Assembly: GCA_964016885.1 (NCBI GenBank)
Contig: OZ024755.1
Coordinates: 5,456,001 to 5,520,000, forward strand
DNA: 64,000 nt
Reading direction: 5' to 3'
DNA from: Eledone cirrhosa
Lineage: Eukaryota
A program made the translations under genes and the position numbers. The notes under the pieces were generated by a model. The model saw nothing but the letters and a program-made list of their open reading frames with translations. It did not search any database and was not told where the DNA came from. The first letter of the stretch is position 1, and each line of letters starts with the position of its first letter. This document shows positions 1-12,504 of the stretch, piece after piece.

Positions 1-244
1 GGCGCCAAGAAATAAGGTAATTACAGTTGAAATCACGGGATTCATGTGAGTTAATTTACATATGTGTGTGTACGAGTTGATATTTTTATGTAAAATTTTT
101 CTATGAGTACACGTGTAATTGTTTGCGAGTTTGAGTGAATGTATATATGATTTATGTCTATGTGTATATATTTACAAATGCATTTATGTGTGCGTGTGTA
201 TGATGTATGATCTTAAAGGTGTTATTTTTTTTCCACTTCCCCAG

Positions 245-356
245 CTTCAAGCTAGAAACATGTCGCAGGAAATCGATAGTATTGGAGGGGCAAGGGTTCT
301 TCACACTCCTCAGAGATCAAGATCTACTGATTGCAATACCAGAGACGATCGTTTAA
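245..356 (+). CDS. Candidate terminal coding exon (FKLETCRRKSIVLEGQGFFTLLRDQDLLIAIPETIV*)
   Basis: Strong acceptor ttttttttccacttccccAG (AG at 243-244). Non-repetitive, GC-richer sequence. The frame from 246 is open to TAA at 354-356. No homology recognised. Confidence 0.3.
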
Positions 357-1046
357 TCCATTGAACTCTTTACATTGGTTCCGTTGTTGGTATGTAATGT
401 CGCACTGCTGCCCCACACTCAGGTTTTAGCAGCAACAGCGGGCTCTTTCAGGCTTTCATCAGAAAGTCTTTTGAAAGACTTTTTAGTGTGGATAAAGGAG
501 TTTTGTTAGGTTATATAGTGTGTGTTTGTATGTAAGTGTGGGAGAGAGAGAGGTGGGGGGAGAAAAGTAGAGGGGGGAGTAGAGAGAGAGAGAATGAGAT
601 GACAAAAGAGAGAGAGAGTGAGAGAGCGTAAAAGACTGTCAAATAGGTAGAGAGGAAAAAAGAAAGTGACTTTGTAAGGGAAGGAATTTTAATAAAAGAG
701 TGGAAGATGAGAAGGAAAAAATAGACATCGTTTATTAAAAAATTTTAAAGTCATACACACATACTTACATCTACACACACATACATACATCTATTTACAC
801 ACGCACTCACATACATACATCTATTTACGCATACACATATCTATCTATTTACACACACATCCATCTATTTACATACATACACACATTTATTTATTTACAC
901 ACCCAGGCAGAATGACAGCTGATTTGTATCGAAACTAATTTAAAACACGATTTATTACCGAGAAACCTCCATTCCAGAAAGAGTGGAAAGATGTATTTTG
1001 GTTTTGTAAAATATAATTGTTTTCAAATATTGAAGTCAAATATATG

Positions 1047-3693
1047 GACAAGGCCGGTGCTATCATTAAGTCCAACTAGGCAGTCAAGCAGGACGCATAG
1101 AGGGGGGGGGGGGGGGCTAGTGCTACCATCAAGTTCAGCTAGGCAGCCATTTAAGGCGCAGAGAGAGAGAGAGAGACAGGGCTGGTACTAACATTTAATC
1201 AACTAGGCACCCATCTTGGGCACAGACCTCAGAGAGACAAGGCAAATTAAATCAACTAGGTAGATATCAAGGGCGTAGACCTCAAAGAGACAAGGATGGG
1301 ACTAACATTAAGTCCAGCTAGGCACCCAGCTAGGTGGCAAAGAGAGAGACAGAGCTGGTACTAACATTAAGGCCAACTATGTACCTATCATGGACGTAGA
1401 TCACAAGAGACACAGCTGGTACTAACATTAAGGCCAACTATGTACCTATCATGGACGTAGATCACAAGAGACACAGCTGGTACTAACATTAAGGCCAACT
1501 ATGTACCTATCATGGACGTAGATCAGAAGAGACAGAGCTGGTACTAACATTAAGTCCAACTATGTACCTATCATGGACGTAGATCACAAGAGAGAGAGCT
1601 GGTACTAACATTAAGGCCAACTATGTACCTATCATGGACGTAGATCACAAGAGAGAGCTGGTACTAACATTAAGGCCAACTATGTACCTATCATGGACGT
1701 AGATCACAAGAGAGAGAGCTGGTACTAACATTAAGGCCAACTATGTACCTATCATGGACGTAGATCACAAGAGAGAGCTGGTACTAACATTAAGGCCAAC
1801 TATGTACCTATCATGGACGTAGATCACAAGAGAGAGCTGGTACTAACATTAAGGCCAACTATGTACCTATCATGGACGTAGATCACAAGAGAGAGAGCTG
1901 GTACTAACATTAAGGCCAACTATGTACCTATCATGGACGTAGATCACAAGAGAGAGCTGGTACTAACATTAAGGCCAACTATGTACCTATCATGGACGTA
2001 GATCACAAGAGAGAGCTGGTACTAACATTAAGTCCAACTATGTACCTATCATGGACGTAGATCACAAGAGAGAGAGCTGGTACTAACATTAAGGCCAACT
2101 ATGTACCTATCATGGACGTAGATCACAAGAGAGAGCTGGTACTAACATTAAGGCCAACTATGTACCTATCATGGACGTAGATCACAAGAGAGAGAGCTGG
2201 TACTAACATTAAGGCCAACTATGTACCTATCATGGACGTAGATCACAAGAGAGAGAGCTGGTACTAACATTAAGGCCAACTATGTACCTATCATGGACGT
2301 AGATCACAAGAGAGAGAGCTGGTACTAACATTAAGGCCAACTATGTACCTATCATGGACGTAGATCACAAGAGAGAGAGCTGGTACTAACATTAAGGCCA
2401 ACTATGTACCTATCATGGACGTAGATCACAAGAGAGAGAGCTGGTACTAACATTAAGGCCAACTATGTACCTATCATGGACGTAGATCACAAGAGAGAGA
2501 GCTGGTACTAACATTAAGGCCAACTATGTACCTATCATGGACGTAGATCACAAGAGAGAGAGCTGGTACTAACATTAAGTCCAACTATGTACCTATCATG
2601 GACGTAGATCACAAGAGAGAGAGCTGGTACTAACATTAAGGCCAACTTTGTACCTATCATGGACGTAGATCACAAGAGACAGAGCTGGTACTAACATTAA
2701 GGCCAACTTTGTACCTATCATGGACGTAGATCACAAGAGACAGAGCTGGTACTAACATTAAGGCCAACTATGTACCTATCATGGACGTAGATCACAAGAG
2801 ACAGAGCTGGTACTAACATTAAGGCCAACTATGTACCTATCATGGACGTAGATCACAAGAGAGAGAGCTGGTACTAACATTAAGGCCAACTATGTACCTA
2901 TCATGGACGTAGATCACAAGAGACAGAGCTGGTACTAACATTAAGGCCAACTATGTACCTATCATGGACGTAGATCACAAGAGAGAGAGCTGGTACTAAC
3001 ATTAAGGCCAACTATGTACCTATCATTGACGTAGATCACAAGAGATAGAGCTGATACTAACATTAAGGCCAACTATGTACCTATCATGGACGTAGATCAC
3101 AAGAGACAGAGCTGGTACTAACATTAAGGCCAACTATGTACCTATCATGGACGTAGATCAGAAGAGACAGAGCTGGTACTAACATTAAGGCCAACTATGT
3201 ACCTATCATGGACGTAGATCAGAAGAGACAGAGCTGGTACTAACATTAAGGCCAACTATGTACCTATCATGGACGTAGATCACAAGAGAGAGAGAGAGCT
3301 GGTACTAACATTAAGGCCAACTATGTACCTATCATGGACGTAGATCACAAGAGAGAGAGCTGGTACTAACATTAAGGCCAACTATGTACCTATCATGGAC
3401 GTAGATCACAAGAGACAGAGCTGGTACTAACATTAAAGCCAACTATGTACCTATCATGGACGTAGATCACAAGAGAGAGAGCTGGTACTAACATTAAGGC
3501 CAACTATGTACCTATCATGGACGTAGATCAGAAGAGACAGAGCTGGTACTAACATTAAGGCCAACTATGTACCTATCATGGACGTAGATCACAAGAGAGA
3601 GAGCTGGTACTAACATTAAGGCCAACTATGTACCTATCATGGACGTAGATCACAAGAGACAGAGCTGGTACTAACATTAAAGCCAACTATGTA
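1047..3693. repeat. ~59-bp tandem satellite, about 40 near-identical units (1343-3693) preceded by degenerate units
   Basis: Unit agagctggtactaacattaaggccaactatgtacctatcatggacgtagatcacaagag; length varies mainly in the (GA)n linker. Confidence 0.98.
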
Positions 3694-4642
3694 ATCGATA
3701 CTAGATAGGTGCATTACTGAACTTTAAAAAAAAAATCGAAGGTTTATACAAATTTCTAAAATTAAATTAAATATATAAAGATTTTCTACAACCAATAAAT
3801 AAATCCTTAAACATATTTGATATGTAGCAACGTTTCAAAAAATTACCAAAGTGGAGGACAGGGTCGAATTGTGTTATGACCCATAACATGATTTGGCGTA
3901 GGTGGGTGTTAACTGTACATGCTTAGTAATTTTCTTATTGGGGTCTGAGCAAGAGATATAAAATAATTAGGTGTTTCAGATTACCAAACTGTAAGTTGAT
4001 AATTCTTTTGAGAGAACGACACGCTTAACTGAGAGAGGGGGAACGCACGTGGTAGGGTTAGGGTTATCTGAAGGCCCTATAACCTAGACCCGCTCTGGAT
4101 ATAATAGATGCATCTCATAATAAATATCGTAGACAATCTTTAGTAACGTTGAAAAATATAAAAAACAATTCCCATTTCAAAGAAACTTAATATATTCGAA
4201 ATATATCAAATTTTAAATAATATAAATTTGATTGCTGTTGTTTTCACGGGAAAACAAGTTAGACCAAGATTGTAGTAATTGTGAATTCTAAATTGAAGAC
4301 AACCGTTCATATTTATCATTTGTTAAAGAACAAAAAATAAAACAGGGATAATATTGGTTACTGGTGAAGGATATTATCTGAGAGGTGAGGAGTTACAAAC
4401 ATCGATTGATTAACAGGGATATAGAATACAATAATTCGATGAGAGTTGTTTAGTTAGATAACTGGATACAAGATATATAATTACCACCTTTAACTTACTC
4501 CTAGAGAACTCTAATAACAGAGTTTAAAACGAAATCAGAATACGAACAGAAACGTTTCCATCCCTTTAACCTTTCATGGCTGTATTTTTAATAAAATACA
4601 CTCTAGTTTAATTATTGAACATTTCCGAAGGGCTTCTTTTTT

Positions 4643-4755
4643 TCCGCTCACTTATTCCTGTTAAGATCATGGAGGCAGACTCCTCAAACACTCCTTTCAG
4701 CGGGTCCTGTCAGAAACAACCATTTCCAATTGATCTAATTGGATCTCCAAGCCTT
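4643..4755 (-). mobile_element. 3' end fragment of RTE-type LINE
   Basis: Same family as 53020-53215 (cctttcagcg.gtcctg.cagaa.caacca...ggatctccaagc). Confidence 0.6.
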
Positions 4756-5483
4756 TTTTTTAAAAAACAATGACACGAACATATACTTTGGGGGAGAGGG
4801 ATATAGTCGATTCTAACACTTGACTGGTATTTATGTTATCGACCCTAGAGAAATAAAAGTTAAAGTGGATTTCGGTGGGATTTGAGCACGGAACGTAAAG
4901 AAGAGCAAGTAAATACCGCAAGGTATTTTGCCTGACAATATAACGATTCTGCTAATTGACTGCTCTTATAGGAGCTTATGGATGTTATCCAACCATCTTT
5001 AACTAACTCCTGCAGAATATTCTCTAACAGGGTTCAATAACCCCCCCCCCCCATTCAGTTGACTGTTGACACACAGAATATCCATGATATAGAAAGATGA
5101 ATGTGGTTCAACTTCCTTTTAATGTTGTCAAACATTAAAAGGAAGTAAGGGAGTGTTGTTGAACAAGAGCTTTCACAGTTGAAGCCAATTCACTACATGT
5201 ATGCCAACAACACTTTTCTAAAAAACATTACCATACCAACACTCTATCTTCCTTCCTTTCTGTCAAATATACAAGAAGGACATTTATGACACTTCTGAAC
5301 GAAAGCAATGTTTTAAAAGGATTTCAAATATGTAAAAACAATATTCTCTTTTTTTTATATATTTAGTAAATTGTAAATAAAATGTTTGTAGTTGAAGTGA
5401 ATTTTCTCACGTCGGCAGTGTTTATTTTTAGCACATTTCACAGAGAAAATCATAAGTATAGGATTTTCCTTCTCAGCTAGGGG

Positions 5484-5499
5484 TGACTCAATGACGTCA
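5484..5499. promoter_or_regulatory. Adjacent AP-1 (TGACTCA) and CRE (TGACGTCA) consensus sites
   Basis: TGACTCA at 5484-5490, 1-nt spacer, TGACGTCA at 5492-5499, in unique sequence. Confidence 0.35.
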
Positions 5500-5644
5500 A
5501 CAAAGGTTATAGGTCTTCTTTTACACAAGTCCATCTAACATTTACTACACAATGAAGTCTTTATTCCAGAGTTGCTTCACAATATTTTAGGTCATCCACT
5601 TTTTTTTTCTGGGGTAATGTTAAATAAATAAGTATTTCTTAAAG

Positions 5645-5812
5645 GGTGGTGTTAGTAGTGTTGGTGTTGGTGATGGTGGTGTTGGTGATGGTGGTGTTAG
5701 TGTTGGTGGTGGTGGTGGTGGTGTTGGTGATGATGGTGGTGGTGGTGGTGTTGGTGATGTTGGTAATGGTGGTGTTGGTGATGTTGGTAATGGTGGTGTT
5801 AGTGTTGGTGAG
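5645..5812. repeat. GGT/GAT/GTT trinucleotide low-complexity tract
   Basis: Direct reading. Confidence 0.95.
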
Positions 5813-6040
5813 GGGGTTAGATATCGTTAGTAAATACTTTCAAAGAGGTATCAATTGGAATTGATATATTGAACCGTGCTCGCAAAAATAAATAAATAAA
5901 TAAAATAAAAAATATAAAAACGAAAAAAAAAAAATCATTTACAGTCATCAATTTGTTTTTATTTATGTTGATGACTTTTAAATTGAATTCCTCTTGATTA
6001 ATTATTAAAAATCTCTATTGTCATAAACTTCAATAATAAT

Positions 6041-6418
6041 AATTGTTTCTACTTTTGGCACAAGGCCAGCAATTATCCCAGTGGTACTTTATTTTATCGA
6101 CCCCATAAGGATGAAAGGCAAAGTTAACCTCGATGGGATTTGAACTCAGATCATAAAGGGCCGTAACCTTTTGCTGCAAAGCATGGTGGCCGACCCTCTA
6201 ACGATACTGCAATCCATCAATAATAATTATTTCTGATTTAGGCACGAGGGGAAAGTCGATTAAATCGATTCCAGTACATTACTGGTACTTTATTTTATTG
6301 ACCCCCGTAACGATGAAAGGCAAAGTTAACCTCGGCGGGATTTGAACTCAGATTGTAAAGGACCGTAACTATTCCACAAAACATGGTGTCCGACCCTCTA
6401 CTGATACTGCCAGTCCAA
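6041..6418 (-). mobile_element. Two tandem copies of tRNA-derived SINE family A
   Basis: Reverse complement of GGATTGGCAGTATCGGTAGAGGGTCGGAC...GAGTTCAAATCCCGCCGAGGTTAACTTTGCCTTTCATCC...GTCGATAAAATAAAGTACCAG...AGAAACAATT, with A-box and B-box-like motifs. Confidence 0.9.
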
Positions 6419-7071
6419 TACCCTAATAATAGTAATAATAATAATAATAATTTAAATGAAAATGAAAAATGATAAAATAAAGCTTCAAATAAATATACAA
6501 ATCTGTAAAACTGATGATAAATTGGTAACTGAGATTTTGGCAATAATTCCTAAATTTATCATTTCGAGTTTTGCCGCCAGTCCTCTTAGAAGAAGCCAAC
6601 AAGCCGCTCACAAGAATTTGGTTTATACAAAACGTCTATAAAATGACATAAAAGTTGAATATCTTCCACAGGAAACGTGTGATGATAGTTCTTGTAACTG
6701 TTGAGAACATGTTTTGGTGACATGGAAACTAAATGTAGGCTAGTATATACAATAAATAACTACACTGCCTGAGTGTGTCTGTGAAACATATACACATACA
6801 TCAGGTCCGAACAAACGAGCTCTGTCTTTACAACAAAATCGGCCCTTTCTTTCATTTCTCTATGATAACCTAAACAGCTGCTACTATTATAAATATTGGC
6901 TATCAATATTTATGGATGGAAGGGGATGAGGGCAAAAAAGTGTTGTGGGATGGGAACTAAAAGGTTTCACAGTTGCATCTCTTTAATGTTCTCAGTTTAA
7001 ATGTTACCGAGGTCCTTTTTTTCTTTTATCTTTCGATGGTCGATAAAAGAAGTACATAATATCTGACTTAC

Positions 7072-7124
7072 AGTCATAGTTGTCATTTCTGCTGCCATCA
7101 GAAATGCAGTGAATCGTTGTTCCG
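7072..7124 (-). CDS. Candidate 53-nt exon of a minus-strand gene (GTTIHCISDGSRNDNYD, or a start MAAEMTTMT in another frame)
   Basis: Minus-strand acceptor gttgtttgtgtttccAG and donor GTAAGT; two frames open. Confidence 0.55.
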
Positions 7125-7291
7125 CTGGAAACACAAACAACGATGCTATTCGTTGGTTTATGTTGTTGAGCTTAGCCATTACACACAGAGTGTAGCATGT
7201 AATATATATATATATAAATAGCTTAGAGTTTAGACTCAGAGAGGTCATTTACAATCATTTCAGCTCTAGGAATTGCTTCTGAGCAGTATAA

Positions 7292-7971
7292 ATTAATATT
7301 TGATGAACATTTACATGTTATAGTTGCAATTGACTAATAAGATCGCTAGAGTGAAAAATATTAATTCAACAACATAAGGTCTGCCTGTACGATCTAGAAA
7401 ATAATAAATCAATACTCACAGATCATATGGGCAAAAAGCCTTGGTACCTAGACACGTTTAAAATTCAAAATACAAACTTTTTCCGCAGATCGGTCAGAAC
7501 TTCAAACTTCAAACATGTTTCACAAAGGCTGTTATTTCTAGCACTATGTGTGGGACGTTAGAGGACTGGAATAAGCCGTGTGCAAAACCTCGTGTATTTT
7601 CGCTACGCTAACCAGACCTTAGATATTTTTCTAAGGTTGAGTTATTTTATTTTTATCTGGGTGCCTATTGATAAACACAGAAAAAGTTGATTAACTCACT
7701 GCTAATTAGTTAATTATTTTACTATTGTACCATCCTTTGTGAAACATGTTTGAAGTTTGAAGTTCTGACCGATCTGCGGAAAAAGTTTGTATTTTGAATT
7801 TTAAACGTGTCTAGGTACCAAGGCTTTTTGCCCATATGAGTCTGTGAGTATTGATTTATTATTTTCTAGATCGTACAGGCAGACCTTATGTTGTTGAATT
7901 AAGATTTTTCACTCTAGCGATCTTATTAGTCAATTGCAACTATAACATGTAAATGTTCATCAAATATTAAT
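7292..7971. mobile_element. Foldback/MITE-like element with ~237-bp near-perfect terminal inverted repeats
   Basis: 7292-7528 is the reverse complement of 7734-7971 with only a few differences; ~205-bp spacer; no ORF. Confidence 0.9.
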
Positions 7972-8044
7972 ATATATATATATATACACGTATATAGAAT
8001 CATAAGAATCATATATATATACACGTATATAGAATCATAAACAC

Positions 8045-8412
8045 CAGTAGCGCACTGGGGTCGATTTAATCGACTTTCTCCTCTCCTTGCAGCATAGAGT
8101 TGTGGCCCTTTACGTTCTGAGTTCAAATCCGCCAAGGTTAACCTTACGGGGTCGATAAAATAAAGCGCCAGTAATACACTGGGGTAATTGCTGGCCTTGT
8201 GCCAAAAGTAGAAATATTATTACTATTATTGAACTGTCAGAATTGGTAGAGCGTCAAACAAAAGGCTTCACGGCATATAGTTACAGTCGAGGTCAACTTT
8301 GTCTTTCATTCTTTCTTTCGAGGTTGATAAAATAAAGTACCAGTCAAATACTGGGGTATATTAATTGTATTTCACCCCCTCCTTCCCATAATTGCTGGTC
8401 TTATACCTAAAT
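8045..8412 (+). mobile_element. Two diverged SINE family A copies
   Basis: gagttcaaatccgccaaggttaac...gtcgataaaataaag...gctggccttgtgccaaaagtagaa. Confidence 0.75.
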
Positions 8413-8726
8413 TAAAACCAACAATAACAACATTATATTGAAGATTCTAGTATGACCTAAACAAAATTCATCTGATCCATGTAATGCTGAAAAATCCTTC
8501 GATAAATAAAAGAAAAAAAAACAAGGCACTGAGCTGGCCCGCCGCAGGTGTGAGCCTCGCGAGTTGGAATGGCTTTTCCAGCACGTCTCCCATGCCGTCC
8601 TCCTGGGAAATGCCTTCTCCATTCTGTCCGCCGGGGCTGTGGGGAGGACACCAATATGATTGACTGACTTTTCATTTTATCAGTCAGATGTTCTAATGAT
8701 TCTATATATATATATATATATATATA

Positions 8727-8906
8727 TAGGAACAAGTATGACCCCGACGGCAGAGCTCAAGCCGTTTCGACGGCTATCTTATGTCCAGAAATAGCCGTCG
8801 AAACGACTTGAGCTCTGCCGTCGGGGTCATACTTGTTCCTACTACCCTAAGTATTGAGTACTTTGGTGCGTTATGGTCCATCTGGTTCCTTACCACAATT
8901 CCTTCG

Positions 8907-8908
<2 letters not shown>
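8727..8908 (+). mobile_element. Palindromic hammerhead-derived mini-element in (TA)n
   Basis: Hairpin 8727-8841 (loop 8778-8790). The arms carry the HHR 3' half GAAAC-GGC-(GAGCTC loop)-GCC-GTC. Tail with GTATTGAGTAC. Homologous to 24604-24781. Confidence 0.75.
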
Positions 8909-8940
<32 letters not shown>

Positions 8941-9047
8941 GTTCATGTATCATAAGAAATGCTAAGTAGAATATAAAATACGTCAAGAAACTTCTTACAG
9001 AATAAATATATTGCAAGAAAACAAAAGAAAGATTAAATGTTACTTAC

Positions 9048-9077
9048 ATTACTGATTTCGAAATCATGAGGTTAGAC
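9048..9077 (-). CDS. Candidate 30-nt symmetric phase-2 microexon (SNLMISKSV)
   Basis: Minus-strand acceptor caattttttcAG and donor GTAAGT. Only one frame is open, and it matches the phases of the exons at 22437-22488 and 7072-7124. Confidence 0.55.
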
Positions 9078-9626
9078 CTGAAAAAATTGAACCGGTTTTT
9101 CCTAAAAGAAGTATGCAGCATCATTTTAAAATTAAATTTTCTTCGTTAATTCTCGTTTGTATCATCGAAGTTTGTATCATCCTACAAAACAAAATAGATA
9201 AAAAGTATGTGAAATTGTGCAGTGAACAGCTGAAGTATTATACTATTAATTTTTATCTGTTCAAATGCTACAGGTATTAACCGAAGCTGCGAGAAATGTG
9301 AATGTAAACACCAGTTTTTATATATTTAATATATTTTAGCATATGAACCAGTTTTAAATTCGTATTTCTCTGTTGATTGAAAAATATGAAATGATTGACT
9401 CGAGTTTCAATCTTTATTGAGATCATTGAAAACTGTTTGTCTTTCGCAGTCCATGAAAAAAACACGTAATCCAAAGATTAAGCGAAAAGGAGGGGTCAGT
9501 CATTTCTGGAATGTCGTAAGGTCAGCTCAATCAGAAGCATGTACGGCCACGAGCCGACCTAAAGCTAAGTAGTGGTAGTGCCATGAGGGATTTCAAATCT
9601 TTTTGTATCTCAAATCTTTTTGGATC

Positions 9627-9772
9627 AAGCATAGGCAACATTTTTCTGGCTGTGGGCTGCATACGATGTGGATCATCATAGAGTGGGTCGCACTATAAGA
9701 AAAAATTAAGGTCATTTTGAACTTAGGCGTGCCATTCAGAAAGCCAAACGCGCCGCAGTTTGCCCATAACTC
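9627..9772. mobile_element. Degenerate hAT-like MITE
   Basis: Ends caagcataggcaac... and ...gtttgcccataactc are imperfectly inverted. Confidence 0.4.
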
Positions 9773-10387
9773 TTTAGGACCATGGAACTCTTTATCGAAT
9801 CCTTAATCCCTCTTCAACTCAAGACATGTACTAAACTAAATCGATAATTCAATAGTAAAGAGCTACTAGAAATAGCAACCAAATCTCCTTCATATTACTA
9901 CCTACCATCTTTAAAAGAGAGAAGGACATATATAAAGTAGTGCTGCTAATTGCACAATGCCAGACAAAAAAAAAGGGCGGGTTGGTCATTGTTGGAGTGC
10001 TTTTGATCATAAGTTTAGCTCAATCAGATATTTTATTAGCAGCAAATACGGAGTCAATGTTGAAATTATAGACTGTATTGGATAAAAGTTGATTGGGTTT
10101 GATTAGGATGAATACAATACATGATAGGCGTTGCATTCGTGGTTAATTAAGCTTCGTATTTCTACCATGACGTGGGTTGCCAAATAATTGTTCATGTGAG
10201 TTACAAACAACATAATTATAGCGATTATAGTAATGGTAATGATGATGATGATGATGATGATGATGATAAAGACGACGATGGTGATGACGACTGACTAACA
10301 ATTGTGATAGCGATGAGGTTGTTCATGGGAACGGTGGACCTGATGATGATGATGGAAACATTTATGATGATAACAATCGCAATTTTC

Positions 10388-11175
10388 AACGCCAGTACAA
10401 GGAATAAAAGAATGCGGTGCCCCAGCATGGCCACAGTCTAATGACTGAAACCAGGACAAGGAATAAAGAAATGTGGTGCCCCAGCATGGCCATAGTCTCG
10501 TGACTGAAACCAGTACAAGGAATAAAAGAATGCGGTGCCCCAGCATGGCCACAGTCTAATGACTGAAACCAGGACAAGGAATAAAGAAATGTGGTGCCCC
10601 AGCATGGCCATAGTCTCGTGACTGAAACCAGTACAAGGAATAAAAGAATGCGGTGCCCCAGAATGGCCGCAGTCCAATGACTAAAACCAGTACAAGAAAT
10701 AAAAGAACGTGGTGCCCCAGCATGGCCGCAGTCGTGACTGAAACCAAGACAAGGAATAAAAGAATGTGGTGCCCCAGCATGGTCGCAGTCTAATGACTGA
10801 AACCAGTACAAGGAATAAAAGAATGCGGTGCCCCAGAATGGCCAGAGTCCAACACTAGAAACCAGTACAAAGAATATAAGAATGTGGTGCCCCAGCATGG
10901 CCACAGTCTAATGATAGAAACCAGGAACATGAAAAAAAAAATGTGGTGCTCCAGCATGGCCACAGTCTAATGATAGAAACCAGGACAAGGAATAAAGGAA
11001 TGTGGTGCCCCAGCATGGCCACAGTCTAATGACAAACCAGTACAAGGAATGAAAGACTGCGGTGCCCCAGCATGGCCACAGTCTAGTGACTGAACCAGGA
11101 TAAGGAATAAAAAGAATGTGGTACTCTTGCATGGCCGCAGTCTAATGATAGAAATTAGTAAAAGGAATAACAGAA
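10388..11175 (+). repeat. ~59-bp tandem array (~13 units) derived from a dispersed repeat tail
   Basis: Unit aaaccagtacaaggaataaaagaatgcggtgccccagcatggccacagtctaatgactg; single reverse copies at ~17652-17686 and ~23742-23763. Confidence 0.95.
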
Positions 11176-11892
11176 TAAGCGATTCAAGTAAAATATATGA
11201 GTGAATGAAGGTTCTATCGAATCTTACTAACTTAGCCCCCCCCCCCTATCATTTTGTTTATATTAAATAGCGTTCCATCGACAAAGATACTAGCAGGAAA
11301 CTAACTGTAACAGAACAAATAGTTTACATTACATATCATTACATATTACACTTGATAGATGCTAGTGAAGATCTGCTGAACTGGAAGTGCTTAAGTAGGA
11401 ATAAATACAAATAAAAGTCGTTTTAAGAAGAGCACAATCTCAGCTTGTATTGTATACTTAAGACTTGATATATGATTCATAAATAACTCTTTTAGATATT
11501 TCGTTGTTTCTTGTATTTTGGGAGGTAGTTTTGTTTTACTTCCAGAAGCATGGTGAGTTGAGTGGTGAACAGTGTAGTAAGTAAGCCAATGGTATGCAGT
11601 GCGCTGTGGAGTAAGCCAATACAAACAACAGGGAAGATTTGTGAACGACTTAAAAATAACACAGAAGAGACGAATCTGTAAGCTGAAATTGAAAACTAGT
11701 AGATCCGTCCCGTCAATGGTATTATATGATATGATATGATATGATATGGTATGGTATGATATGATATGGTATGGCATGGCAGACCTGTCAATTCTCCCCG
11801 TCCGACGGGAGATTTCCCACCCACTTTGTGGTAGGTGAGTGCTGTCTTCTCTTGTGAAAATGGGTATAGCTTTCATTATGTAAAATCTCCCC

Positions 11893-12008
11893 TGAGTTCA
11901 AATCCCGCCGAGGTTAACTTTGCCTTTCATCCTTACGAGGTCGATAAAATAAAGTACCAGTAATGTACTGGGTAATTGCTGGCCTTGTGCCAATAGTAGA
12001 AACAATTA
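11893..12008 (+). mobile_element. 5'-truncated SINE family A with TSD, nested in a TIR element
   Basis: TSD attatgtaaaatctcccc on both sides. The host element has inverted ends cagacctgtcaa (~11780) and ttggcagatctg (~12100). Confidence 0.9.
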
Positions 12009-12504
12009 TGTAAAATCTCCCCATTTTGCCTCATTTCTCCTCGTTTTGTGGCACTTATTTTCATGGTACCCGTGTGGGTTTTTAGAGGTTGGCAGATCTG
12101 GTATGGTATGGTCTGGTCCCGTAACTCCTGATAGACTCATAGGACGACATATTGAATTGACACACTCGTACGAAGTTTCTTGGGCATTTTAAGCCTGGCG
12201 GAGCCCATCCCTCCCCATGCCTGAGTACAGCAGAGTTCAACTCTTCTTATGAATAACTACATTGTTTCTTTCTAGGGACTATATTGAAAAATAAACCTCA
12301 TTTGTTCATTCTATGAGAGTATCTTGGTCAGGCTATGGACATTTCAAACGACCCTCTTAATTTATTTCTAGGATATAATTACATAAATGTTCAGAATATT
12401 TGTACAAATGACATACAAGTTCTTTAATACAATTATGAATAACAAAGCAAACGATACAGTACAATGAAGAAATATAGTTTAACGTTTGATATAGTAGGAA
12501 AAGG

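Noticed and set aside
430-470. Minus-strand CTGATGA..GAAA
   Set aside because: No stem II, stem III or stem I pairing.
1343-3693. CRISPR-like array
   Set aside because: No unique spacers, no cas genes, eukaryotic context; it is a plain tandem satellite.
5111-5146. 16-bp perfect hairpin
   Set aside because: Too short for a pre-miRNA and no family context.
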